From Candidatus Cloacimonadota bacterium (GTDB taxonomy: Bacteria > Cloacimonadota > Cloacimonadia > JGIOTU-2), in assembly GCA_049903315.1 (NCBI GenBank), contig JBNGBT010000019.1:1-21930 (forward strand): a stretch of DNA of 21,930 bases, written 5' to 3'. The position numbers were made by a program, and so were the translations under genes. Shown here in pieces: positions 8,359-17,103 of the stretch; positions within the stretch are counted from its first letter, which is position 1, and every line of letters starts with the position of its first letter. The notes beneath the pieces are model-generated. The model was not told the DNA's origin. It saw nothing but the letters and a program-made list of their open reading frames with translations, and ran no database searches.

Positions 8359-9659
8359 GGTAGTGTAAAATTCTTTCTGTAAAATTGAATTAGAAAAGTG
8401 AGGTTCAGGATTCTCAAATTTAGGTAACGAAGCTAAAAGGAGAATCGAATGAACCCCACAGTAGAAAATACACAGTTTTTTGATATACTTGAAACATTAA
8501 TTGAGAACGGTCCTGCAGAATTTCGGGAAGTTTTACGGTTGTTATTCAACACCGCCATGAAAATTGAAAGGAATCAGTTTCTTCAAGCAGAGCCTTATGA
8601 ACGAAGCGATCATCGAAAAGGTTATGCCAATGGATTTAAATCCAAGACACTGAACACACGTTTAGGTCCAATGACGGTAGAGACCCCGCAGGTAAGAGGA
8701 TTGAGTTTTTATCCCCGAAGTCTAGAGAAAGGTACACGAAGCGAAAAAGCACTGAAACTTGCTATCGCAGAGATGTATGTAAAAGGGGTTTCAACACGAC
8801 GAGTCACCAAGATCACCGAGCAGTTATGTGGTCTTGAGATCAGTTCAACTCAGGTATCCAGACTTGCCCAGGAGTTGGATGAGCAGCTTCAGGTTTTTCG
8901 TGAACGAGCATTGGATTCATTTGAGTATGTATATTTTGATGCTCGATATGAGAAATGCCGTTACATGGCAAGTGTACGGGATTTGGCAGTATTAGTAGCA
9001 GTAGGCGCAAATCCTGGGCAGCCGCGGGAGATTCTGGGTGTTAGTGTTTCTCTATCGGAGGCAGAAGTACACTGGCGTGAGTTTTTCCAATCTCTGGTAA
9101 AACGTGGTCTTCATGGAGTGAAGTTGATTATCAGTGATGATCATCAAGGTCTGAAAGCAGCCCGTAAAAAGGTGTTTACATCTGTTCCCTGGCAACGGTG
9201 CCAGTTTCATATGCAGCAGAATGTGCAGCACTATGTTCCGCAAATATCGATGCGCAAAGAGCTTGCAAGTGTGGTGAGGAGTATATTCAACGCACCTGAT
9301 ATTCACATGGCCCGAGAAGTGGTTTGTCGTACAGTGGACAATTACCAGGACAATGCGCCTGACTTTGTTAACTGGTTGGAGGGAAATATTGAGGATGGGT
9401 TAACATTTTTCCAATTTCCATCTGTCAATCATCGCAGGATTAGAACGGTCAATAACCTGGAAAAACTGAATCAGGAAATAAAAAGAAGAACTCGCGTGGC
9501 CAGACTGTTTCCCAATGTTGAATCATGCTTAAGGCTTGTGTCAGCAGTACTGATTGAGATCAATGATGATTGGATGGTCGGTAGAATGTATTTGAGTAAC
9601 GAGATTGTTAAACAAGAGAGTCCTGAATCAAGAATTTACAGAAAAGTTGTTGCTTAACC
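8359..9659 (+). mobile_element. Complete IS256-family insertion sequence (1301 bp) with 8-bp target-site duplication
   Basis: Left end GGTAGTGTAAAATTCTTTCTGTAAAATT; right end reverse complement GGTTAAGCAACAACTTTTCTGTAAATTC (shared GGT...TTTCTGTAAA). Direct repeat GATCTTCA at 8351-8358 and 9660-9667. Confidence 0.93.
8449..9657 (+). CDS. IS256-family (Mutator-type) DDE transposase
   Basis: AAAGGAG RBS. Motifs YERS..RKGYANG, EMYVKGVSTRRV, YFDARYEK (D), IISDDHQGL (D), WQRCQFH, RIRTVNNLEKLNQEIKRR (E). The stop lies inside the right IR. Confidence 0.97.
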   Translation: MNPTVENTQFFDILETLIENGPAEFREVLRLLFNTAMKIERNQFLQAEPYERSDHRKGYANGFKSKTLNTRLGPMTVETPQVRGLSFYPRSLEKGTRSEKALKLAIAEMYVKGVSTRRVTKITEQLCGLEISSTQVSRLAQELDEQLQVFRERALDSFEYVYFDARYEKCRYMASVRDLAVLVAVGANPGQPREILGVSVSLSEAEVHWREFFQSLVKRGLHGVKLIISDDHQGLKAARKKVFTSVPWQRCQFHMQQNVQHYVPQISMRKELASVVRSIFNAPDIHMAREVVCRTVDNYQDNAPDFVNWLEGNIEDGLTFFQFPSVNHRRIRTVNNLEKLNQEIKRRTRVARLFPNVESCLRLVSAVLIEINDDWMVGRMYLSNEIVKQESPESRIYRKVVA

Positions 9660-9828
9660 GATCTTCATTTTTCTTACCATACACTCTTGTTGGAATAGTG
9701 TATAAAACAAAGCATTTAAAACTTCCCATCGGTTGTTTGCGTACTGCCCATATTCAACCTAATCATATTTTTCTTTCAATGACTATATCATTTTTTCATC
9801 TCATCTGACATTATATAATTTGATAATC

Positions 9829-10113
9829 CTATTTTACAAGGACTACTTTTTGAACTGCATAATAATCATCAACATATAGTTTATATTAAATATACACCGG
9901 AACCATTTTACTTGCATCCCATGTAATTGCACGGTAACTTGCATTTTGATAGGAGTCAACAAGTCGTACTACTTCTCTACCTAACATGTTGTATACAATT
10001 AAGGAAACGTTCCCATCTTTTCCAACCTCATAACTCACTGTTGTGGAAGGGTTAAAGGGAATCGAGTAGGCAGGATGTAGTAAGTATTGTTCTGGAATTT
10101 CCAGTTTTGACAT
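9829..10113 (-). pseudogene. Frameshifted orphan T9SS-A/FlgD-Ig C-terminal domain
   Basis: IPEQYLLHPAYSIPFNPSTTVSY..YNMLGREV..WDASKM, then via two frame changes SGVY and KLYVDDYYAVQKVVLVK-TAG (stop at 9831-9829). No signal peptide or upstream domains. Confidence 0.85.
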
Positions 10114-10138
10114 TGGTATCTAAACTTGCTTATATTTG
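10106..10138 (+). promoter_or_regulatory. Putative promoter of cassette 2
   Basis: TTGACA (10107-10112), 18 nt, TATATT (10131-10136). It also fits the Bacteroidota consensus TTTG (10106-10109), 21 nt, TAnnTTTG (TATATTTG, 10131-10138). Confidence 0.5.
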
Positions 10139-10189
10139 TATAAAGGCACATAAGTTAATAACATATTTTGCTACATCGAGATTGCCAAA

Positions 10190-11533
10190 ATGTTTACTTC
10201 AAGAATTCAACCCTTCAAAAGCACCTACTATTTTAGTATCCCTGCCACACTTATAATAATAATGTTTCTACTAGTTGTACTTATTTCACAAGATCAGCTA
10301 ATTTTAGGAGACATAAATAATGATGGGCTAATTAATATTTATGATGTTGTACTCTTAGTAGATATAGCCTTGACCGATGGAGCTGATTATAGCGAGGATG
10401 AAATTTGGTCAAGTGATGTAAATGCGGATAATGAAACGAACATTATTGATGCAATCATACTAATTGAAGTTATTTTGTTAATATACGAAGAATGCCCTGA
10501 AAACTACTCTCCATGTAGCCATAATCTTACAGAATGTTGTTTAGACTCAACCAGTCATGATTTTGAGTGGTTTATAGATACGCTTGGGATTTATGGCAGT
10601 TGGATACATGACATTACAATAATTGATTCAAACAATATTTGGGCTGTAGGTCAAATTGTAATGAGCGAAACATATGACGATATTTACAATGTTGCGCATT
10701 GGAATGGTCTAGCATGGGAGCTTTTCCGAATAACTGTTCCCCCATATTATGTTTTTTCTGAACCTTATAGTATTTTTGCATTATCACCAACGGACATCTG
10801 GATCGGATCAAATGTGCCTAAGAGATATAATGGTGAATTTTGGTACCAAGTTTTACCTGAAGATGGATGGGAAAATGGCTGGAATTTTGATGGGTACATT
10901 AGGAAAATCTGGGGGACTTCAGATGATAACCTATATTTCATCGGGGATAACGGCTCAATAGTCAATTACAATGGTATTGATTACACGCTAATGGAAAGCG
11001 GAACGAGTGTCAATCTTGTGGATATTCATGGTACAATCGATGGAGAACATGTTTTTGTGTCAGGTTGGAATTATGAAGGAGGGACAGTTGTACTTGAACT
11101 AAATTCTGAAATTGATGGGTGGCAGGTTATATATGAGGATGACTCAATCCCACAACCTGATATTGGTGATTATGGTGATATTTACTCCATAGAAGTTATT
11201 GACACTATTTTGTTTTGCTTAACAGCTTATGGTATCTGGAAATATGACTATACTGATTCTAGTACCTCCTTTTTACCTAGTGATGTAACAAATTCTGATG
11301 AACTACAAATTGAAGCAATTGAAGCAAATGGCCAAAATGATTTAGTGCTAATAGCATCATCGGGGGAATTAATTCATTACAATGGTACAAGCTGGTATTT
11401 GGATAACTTTATAAGAAGTTATTTAAATAACTGTAATGTTCAACTTTGTTGTGGGAGTTTTTTTAACGATATAATTACCGGAGCGGGATATTGTAATAAC
11501 AAGGCCGTCATTTTCAGGGGTTATCGAAACTAG
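10190..11533 (+). CDS. Secreted protein: N-terminal dockerin, Cys-rich linker, Trp-rich repeat domain; paralog of 3771-5129; cassette 2 small partner
   Basis: Hydrophobic leader; GDINNDGLINIYD / SDVNADNETNIID; CSHNLTECCLDSTSHDFEW; NNIWAVG, HWNGLAW, IWGTS..NLYF, HYNGTSW; ends RGYRN versus KGTRN in the paralog. The true start codon is uncertain. Confidence 0.9.
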   Translation: MFTSRIQPFKSTYYFSIPATLIIIMFLLVVLISQDQLILGDINNDGLINIYDVVLLVDIALTDGADYSEDEIWSSDVNADNETNIIDAIILIEVILLIYEECPENYSPCSHNLTECCLDSTSHDFEWFIDTLGIYGSWIHDITIIDSNNIWAVGQIVMSETYDDIYNVAHWNGLAWELFRITVPPYYVFSEPYSIFALSPTDIWIGSNVPKRYNGEFWYQVLPEDGWENGWNFDGYIRKIWGTSDDNLYFIGDNGSIVNYNGIDYTLMESGTSVNLVDIHGTIDGEHVFVSGWNYEGGTVVLELNSEIDGWQVIYEDDSIPQPDIGDYGDIYSIEVIDTILFCLTAYGIWKYDYTDSSTSFLPSDVTNSDELQIEAIEANGQNDLVLIASSGELIHYNGTSWYLDNFIRSYLNNCNVQLCCGSFFNDIITGAGYCNNKAVIFRGYRN

Positions 11534-11577
11534 AAGTTTATTCTTATTTAATCCAAACTATTACACAGGGGTGTGAG

Positions 11578-14500
11578 ATGAAAAATATTATGACTTTAAT
11601 AGTATTAGCTTTAATTACGACAAGTTCTGAATTTATATATTGTCAAGAAAATGGTGATTGGTTTTGCGGTAACGAGCATAGTGATCATAGTCGAGGTTGT
11701 ACCCCCGATCTCCCTAATTACCCCATATACCGAGATGCTCATTTACCTGAACATATTGAATCCATTCAATATATCAGATTACATGTTATAACATTTGCTT
11801 CAGATGACGGTTCAATTGTTCTAACTACTGAACAAAATTTTACAGAACAGATTGAAACTCTTAATAATCTCTATTTGGAGTATAAAATACAGTTTGTTGC
11901 TGACTATACTCTTATAGAAAATTCAAATTATCTATTAGTTGATCCAATTTTCGATGGTGAACCGTATAACGAAATAATTTATGGTTCTTCATGGACTGAC
12001 ATGTGTGAAGAATATTCGCAAGAACCAGAATTGTTTTTAAATATTTACGTAACGGATTTACCCAATTATCCTTTTGGAAATTTATTTGGAATAGCCTCTT
12101 TCCCATGGGAGGATCCATATAGCATATACAATTATGTTTTTATGCATTATGAGCTTTTTGGTGCTGATCAAATAGGCCTAGCACATGAAATTGGTCATGC
12201 GTTAGGTCTTTGGCATCCCTTTCATGGCACAGATGAGTTAAGGAATACTGATGGTGAATGTGGGGAATGTTGGGAATCACCTGGTTTGCCTGATGAAACA
12301 AGCTGCTCAATTTACCTAGATGAGATGTCCTGCAATTCAAGTAATTGTTTTTGGAACTATGACAGTGATAACGAGAATTATTATTGTGGTGCAAAAGGTG
12401 ATATGGTAGGAGATCTGTGTGCTGATACACCATCTACAAATAATAACGAAAATTGTTCTTCACCGGCAGGAACGGATTACTGTTATCCTAATGACCCATG
12501 GGGTGAAACAGAATATACTAATATTATGAGTTATTCAACTTGTCGAGAAGATTTTACCAATCAACAAGCAGGACGTATGCACGCTTGGCTTAATTATGGA
12601 ATATCAAACTGGGTTGTTAACTCACAAAATGTAGACTTACTCATTTCAAATCAAACATTTGAAAATCCAGGTCAGCATATTGTTAGTACTCTAAATCTTT
12701 ATAACCACAGTTATGGTGGTTTGGATGTAGAAAATATTTCCTCTGGGACTGTTATTAATACCCCTATTTGGAACATGTATACTATTCAAACTAATACTGA
12801 TGAGGGATGGTTGGAAAACGATAAGAAACATCTTAGGTGGAATGATAGAAGTGACATATATAAATTAACAAACAATTTCCTTTTAAGAGAGTATGTCAAT
12901 GAATATGTAGCTGTGTTCTCCAACCAAGATGAAATTACTTTTTCATCCGAATTTGATGAAATGCAATTTGAAATTTTAGATCCTTGGTATGTAGAGCCTG
13001 GATCGGGTTTACCTGGTTTACAACATTCAATGTATCACGAAATCAATCAAGGAGCTTATAGTGCGTTTTTGCATCAAGGTGGCGATCCTCCCAACTTAAG
13101 CTTTCCCTACTATTCGATTCGATTACCAAAGTACTACGAATTTGGTGATGATGAATACTTTTTAGCAGATGGTGGATTGCATAAGTTTAACTCTTGGATT
13201 GATCAAACAGCAGGGGAAAATCCTGGAATTGCATTTATTTCACCAAACAATATGGAAACTGATGTAGTATTCTTAACCCCAAATGCTGAGATTGGAGTTA
13301 ATTCTACAAATGCTGGGTCACCAACCTTGCAGTTAGATACAGATTTTCTTCCATCTGAATTATCTATTGGACAAACCCAAATATCAGATTTGCTTTTGTC
13401 AAATAGCAGTGATCTAGAAATCACTTATGATCTTAGACTTAATGATGATCCTGATTATGCCGCACAGTTTGGAGAAACTGGCAATTATTCATTTATAAGC
13501 TTGCATACGGATGTATTGACAAATAATATAAACTCCTTTTCTATGGAGTTATTGCTTTTTCATGACAATTCTAGACCATTGACCCACAATGAACACATAA
13601 TTAAACACTTTATTCCATCTGTAAACGTATTCATTGATTTTTATTTGAATACTAGCAATGAATATGAGATCAACATTAATTCCTCAACATATGTACTAAA
13701 TGGACTAAATAACAATGACTTCAAGCATCTTGCATTCGTTTTTGAAAACATAACTGCTAGTCATTTTTCTTTATCCATTTTTAATAATGGTGATTTATTC
13801 AACAATATTGGATATGAGAATTCAACGCTAATTATTGAAGGACAAGTTGAGGATATGTTAGGTCCTGTCTCAGGGGATTTGTGGTTAATAGGTTCATCAT
13901 ATCCTACTGCAAATTCTCATTTTACTGGAGCTATTGATGAAGTAAGATTCTGGGACTTTTCACTTTCTCAGGATCAAATAATCCAAAATATTTATAATAG
14001 AAACATTGACAGTCAACAAGAAAATTTACAACTGTATATTCCATTTAATAATCTGGACAATGTATATGATATTGCTGGAGAAGATGATGTCTATAATTCA
14101 ATGAATTTGACATACATTAACAGCAATACTACTTTTCCAACTAAAATTGAAGAATGGCTAATTGCTTTACCTTCTTCTTCTAACACAATTTCAGCATATG
14201 GAAGCTCACCTTTATCCCTAATGTATGATACAAGCGCCTTAGTTAACCCTGGATTATATGAATCTACAATCACTCTAATCAGTTGTTTAGGTAATGACAT
14301 GCCTATACAAAATGAGAACTCTATCTATTATAATATTCCTATCTACTTGAATGTTGGGTATCAAATCGATTTGCATGAAGGTTCTAATTTGATTAGTTTC
14401 TATACTGAATTTAGTAATCCCTCTATCTCTTCTGTACTTGCTGATATTACGACCAATATTGATGGTGTTATTGGGGAAGGGATTGCATCAACCTTGCACC

Positions 14501-16248
14501 CAGAAACAGGTGAGTGGGTTGGTAGTTTAAGTGAATTTGATATCCAAAGTGGATATTGGATTGTTATGAATGCAAGCGATGAGTTGATTGTATATGGAGA
14601 ATTGCCCACTGAAAATATCATTTTAAATATACATGAAAATTATAACCTTGTTTCCTATCCGCTTAATTCTATTCAGGATATTTCAGAAGCGTTACCTGAT
14701 AATGTTGAATCTCAGATATTCTCCATAATTGGCGAGGGTGCAGCAGCAACTCATCACCCGTTATATCCAGATCAATGGATAGGAAGTTTGACAACATTTG
14801 AACCTACTAAGGGATACTGGTTTGGTTCAGATAATGATTTTGCAATGGAGTTCAATAGTCCCTCATTCGGTGAGACAATGCTAATTGCTGGAGATCATGA
14901 CATACCGGAGGGCTATTCTTATAAATCTTCCACTAAACAGGCTTTTTATTTTATTGAAAATATCTCTATTGAAGGGGTTCCCATTACTGAAGATGACTGG
15001 ATCGCCGCCTACAAAGTGGGTAATGTTATAGGCGTCCGTAAGTGGGGAGGATCTTATAGCGAAGTACCTGTTATGGGGTTAGACAATTCCTTATGGTCAG
15101 AGGGATACATTCTTGAGGGTGAAGTTCCAACATTTAAGATATTAGACTCTTCTTCAAGTATCGAATATACAGGAGTACCCTTTGGAATCAGTCAGAATGG
15201 ATTAGAATGGGCAAACCACAAAATTGTAAAAATTGACTCATTGGTTGGCTATATAATGGGTTGTACTGACATTCAAGCACTTAATTTTTACTCAGAAGCT
15301 ACTTTTGACGATGAAAGCTGTGTATATATTCTGGGGGACTTAAATAATGATAGTTTTGTAAATGTAACAGATATTACAATTTTAGTTGCGATAATTCTTG
15401 AAGATATTTTTCCGACTGCATATCAACAGTTTGCCGGAGATTTAAATGGAGATGGAAATATAGATGTAATTGATCTATCGATGTTACAGGATTTAATATT
15501 GTTACAACGATCTGATGATGATTTTGAGGATGGTGAAATTTTAGTTTCGAAAATTTTGAACTACCACGATGATTTCAATAACCAATCTATAACTATCAAC
15601 ATGCTAAACGAACCAGTCATTAATGCATTGAAATTCGTTGTGAGTTTAGAAGAAAATTTCAGATTAACTAATGTTTCAAAAGGGCAAAGAGCATTAAACA
15701 TGGATTTGCAGTATAAGCTGAGTACTGATAGTACTCAATTATCATTTGTGATATATAGTACATCTGGTTACAACATTTCTCAAGGTGTTGGCTCAATTTT
15801 GGAAATCGACCTCCAAGCATACGGCTTGGATAGGGAAGAATGTGATCCTGACCAAGGTCTGTTTGAAGATATTCAACTAACCAATAACAGTATATTAGAG
15901 CTATTGCCATATGATGTAATTCTGTCTGATGAAATGGGAAGAATTATCTCTGAAGGAAATGGGGACACAGATATTCCTGTCAAATTTGCTCTCCACCCCG
16001 CATTTCCTAACCCATTCAATCCTGAAACAACAATTAAATTTGAGTTGCCGATCGATGCAAATGTAACGATAAAAGTATTTGATATGAACGGAAGGGAAGT
16101 AATTGATCTAGTAGGTGATGAAAGCTATTACAACGCTGGTTATCACTCAGTTCGGTGGAATGCATCTGGTAACGCTTCGGGCATGTATATATTGAGATTT
16201 GAGTCGGAAGGGAACTTGCTTACTCAAAAAATAGCGTTGATAAAGTAA
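11578..16248 (+). CDS. Large secreted M43 (pappalysin/ulilysin-like) metzincin protease with 'DPW' domain, LamG-like domain, tandem repeats, dockerin, cohesin-like domain and T9SS-A/FlgD-Ig C-terminal domain (1556 aa)
   Basis: HEIGHALGLWH zinc motif (12184-12216), GD.CADTP, Met-turn NIMSY (~12520), LNIYV..GIASFPW; LamG-like FTGAIDEVRFWD; GCTD..A.NF...A..DDESC motif; dockerin GDLNNDSFVNVTD / GDLNGDGNIDVID; cohesin-like ITINMLNEPVINALKF..ISQGVGSILEI; FPNPFNPETTIKF..QKIALIK. Confidence 0.93.
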   Translation: MKNIMTLIVLALITTSSEFIYCQENGDWFCGNEHSDHSRGCTPDLPNYPIYRDAHLPEHIESIQYIRLHVITFASDDGSIVLTTEQNFTEQIETLNNLYLEYKIQFVADYTLIENSNYLLVDPIFDGEPYNEIIYGSSWTDMCEEYSQEPELFLNIYVTDLPNYPFGNLFGIASFPWEDPYSIYNYVFMHYELFGADQIGLAHEIGHALGLWHPFHGTDELRNTDGECGECWESPGLPDETSCSIYLDEMSCNSSNCFWNYDSDNENYYCGAKGDMVGDLCADTPSTNNNENCSSPAGTDYCYPNDPWGETEYTNIMSYSTCREDFTNQQAGRMHAWLNYGISNWVVNSQNVDLLISNQTFENPGQHIVSTLNLYNHSYGGLDVENISSGTVINTPIWNMYTIQTNTDEGWLENDKKHLRWNDRSDIYKLTNNFLLREYVNEYVAVFSNQDEITFSSEFDEMQFEILDPWYVEPGSGLPGLQHSMYHEINQGAYSAFLHQGGDPPNLSFPYYSIRLPKYYEFGDDEYFLADGGLHKFNSWIDQTAGENPGIAFISPNNMETDVVFLTPNAEIGVNSTNAGSPTLQLDTDFLPSELSIGQTQISDLLLSNSSDLEITYDLRLNDDPDYAAQFGETGNYSFISLHTDVLTNNINSFSMELLLFHDNSRPLTHNEHIIKHFIPSVNVFIDFYLNTSNEYEININSSTYVLNGLNNNDFKHLAFVFENITASHFSLSIFNNGDLFNNIGYENSTLIIEGQVEDMLGPVSGDLWLIGSSYPTANSHFTGAIDEVRFWDFSLSQDQIIQNIYNRNIDSQQENLQLYIPFNNLDNVYDIAGEDDVYNSMNLTYINSNTTFPTKIEEWLIALPSSSNTISAYGSSPLSLMYDTSALVNPGLYESTITLISCLGNDMPIQNENSIYYNIPIYLNVGYQIDLHEGSNLISFYTEFSNPSISSVLADITTNIDGVIGEGIASTLHPETGEWVGSLSEFDIQSGYWIVMNASDELIVYGELPTENIILNIHENYNLVSYPLNSIQDISEALPDNVESQIFSIIGEGAAATHHPLYPDQWIGSLTTFEPTKGYWFGSDNDFAMEFNSPSFGETMLIAGDHDIPEGYSYKSSTKQAFYFIENISIEGVPITEDDWIAAYKVGNVIGVRKWGGSYSEVPVMGLDNSLWSEGYILEGEVPTFKILDSSSSIEYTGVPFGISQNGLEWANHKIVKIDSLVGYIMGCTDIQALNFYSEATFDDESCVYILGDLNNDSFVNVTDITILVAIILEDIFPTAYQQFAGDLNGDGNIDVIDLSMLQDLILLQRSDDDFEDGEILVSKILNYHDDFNNQSITINMLNEPVINALKFVVSLEENFRLTNVSKGQRALNMDLQYKLSTDSTQLSFVIYSTSGYNISQGVGSILEIDLQAYGLDREECDPDQGLFEDIQLTNNSILELLPYDVILSDEMGRIISEGNGDTDIPVKFALHPAFPNPFNPETTIKFELPIDANVTIKVFDMNGREVIDLVGDESYYNAGYHSVRWNASGNASGMYILRFESEGNLLTQKIALIK
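14365..14850 (+). repeat. Tandem intragenic ~85-aa repeat pair
   Basis: LHEGSNLISF..VIGEGIASTLHP..EWVGSLSEF..GYW versus IHENYNLVSY..IIGEGAAATHHP..QWIGSLTTF..GYW. Confidence 0.85.
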
Positions 16249-16766
16249 TTTATACTGAGGTGGAAGTCTATTAGAAGCCCAATTTTTAGCGAAAATTAAA
16301 AATATTATTTTACTAAAGGTAAAAAATAAGTTGGAATTGCGGGCAAAATGGGCCTCATATTCAAAATACTAATAATCATTAATTTATATTATTGCGAAAC
16401 TACTGAAAAGCTGATAATACTATAAACTCTTTTTCTTGTTGAAAGATTGAAGTAGAAATCAATTTCTGATTTTGCCAAATAATCTATGATAATAAATTCT
16501 AAATGAAAAACACAATATGATAATTTGCCTCATTCCTTGATATATTCAAGTACATATATACAAACTATTCAAATATTTTAGAAATCAATCGTGCTAGACT
16601 TAATATCTTTATTTACATCCAATTCCGCAATCCCAAGGTCGATTCTACATACTTACACTACCTATTATAGGAAGTCAGACAATTACACTTCTAGGTTTGT
16701 AACAATTTGTACTATATTCATTTACTGTAGTTCTCATTTTTCTAACCATAATCAGAATTTCCGGCA

Positions 16767-16860
16767 ATGAAAAAAAGTGACATAATCTCACTTTTCTTGG
16801 ATTTCAAAAATTCAAGCAATTCTAATTATAGCAACTGGTTTGTAGGGTTGACCAAAGATC
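16767..16860 (+). pseudogene. 5' fragment of a small hypothetical gene cut at the IS21-like end
   Basis: MKKSDIISLFLDFKNSSNSNYSNWFVGLTKD is open up to the terminal TG at 16861. YSNWFVGLTKD resembles the 'W[YF]VG[IL]TxD' start of small GIY-YIG-like proteins (from memory, unverified). Confidence 0.4.
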
Positions 16861-16958
16861 TGTCAATAAGCACTTCAAACTGCACCAGCAATCGGCACTT
16901 CAAAATGCACCACTTGACCCGGTAGGCACTTGCTATCACCGGTTTTTGGTGCACTTTG
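16861..16958. mobile_element. Orphan IS21-family-like terminal region
   Basis: Starts TGTCAA. Direct repeats GCACTTCAAACTGCACCA (16870-16887) and GCACTTCAAAATGCACCA (16895-16912), plus an inverted partial copy TGGTGCACTTTG (16947-16958). TG termini with repeated transposase boxes are typical of IS21. No istA/istB was found. Confidence 0.65.
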
Positions 16959-17103
16959 GTTCTCTGTATGTGTGTTTGATTTTTGGTTGTTTGGTGTATC
17001 TGGTTGATCAAGTTATATTAAGTCTTTCCGTAGTATTGTAACACATATTATTCAAATTTGTTTCACATGCACGAGAGAACAAGTGCAAATATATATTATA
17101 TAC

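Noticed and set aside
8235..8417. 60-aa minus-strand ORF as a real gene
   Set aside because: Chimeric: its first ~20 codons lie within the IS256 left end.
4252..15910. Short 60-100 aa ORFs nested in the four cassette genes and the transposase
   Set aside because: Alternative-frame or antisense shadows of long, motif-supported CDSs.
3771..16248. A cellulosome locus
   Set aside because: No glycoside hydrolase motifs or multi-cohesin scaffoldin seen; the beta-helix region cannot be assigned lyase activity from sequence.
16870..16912. CRISPR-like direct repeats
   Set aside because: Only two 18-bp copies with a 7-bp spacer and no cas genes; better explained as IS21-type end repeats.
16826..17011. 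61-aa minus-strand ORF
   Set aside because: Reads through the IS end repeats into flanking DNA; at most an IS tail fragment.
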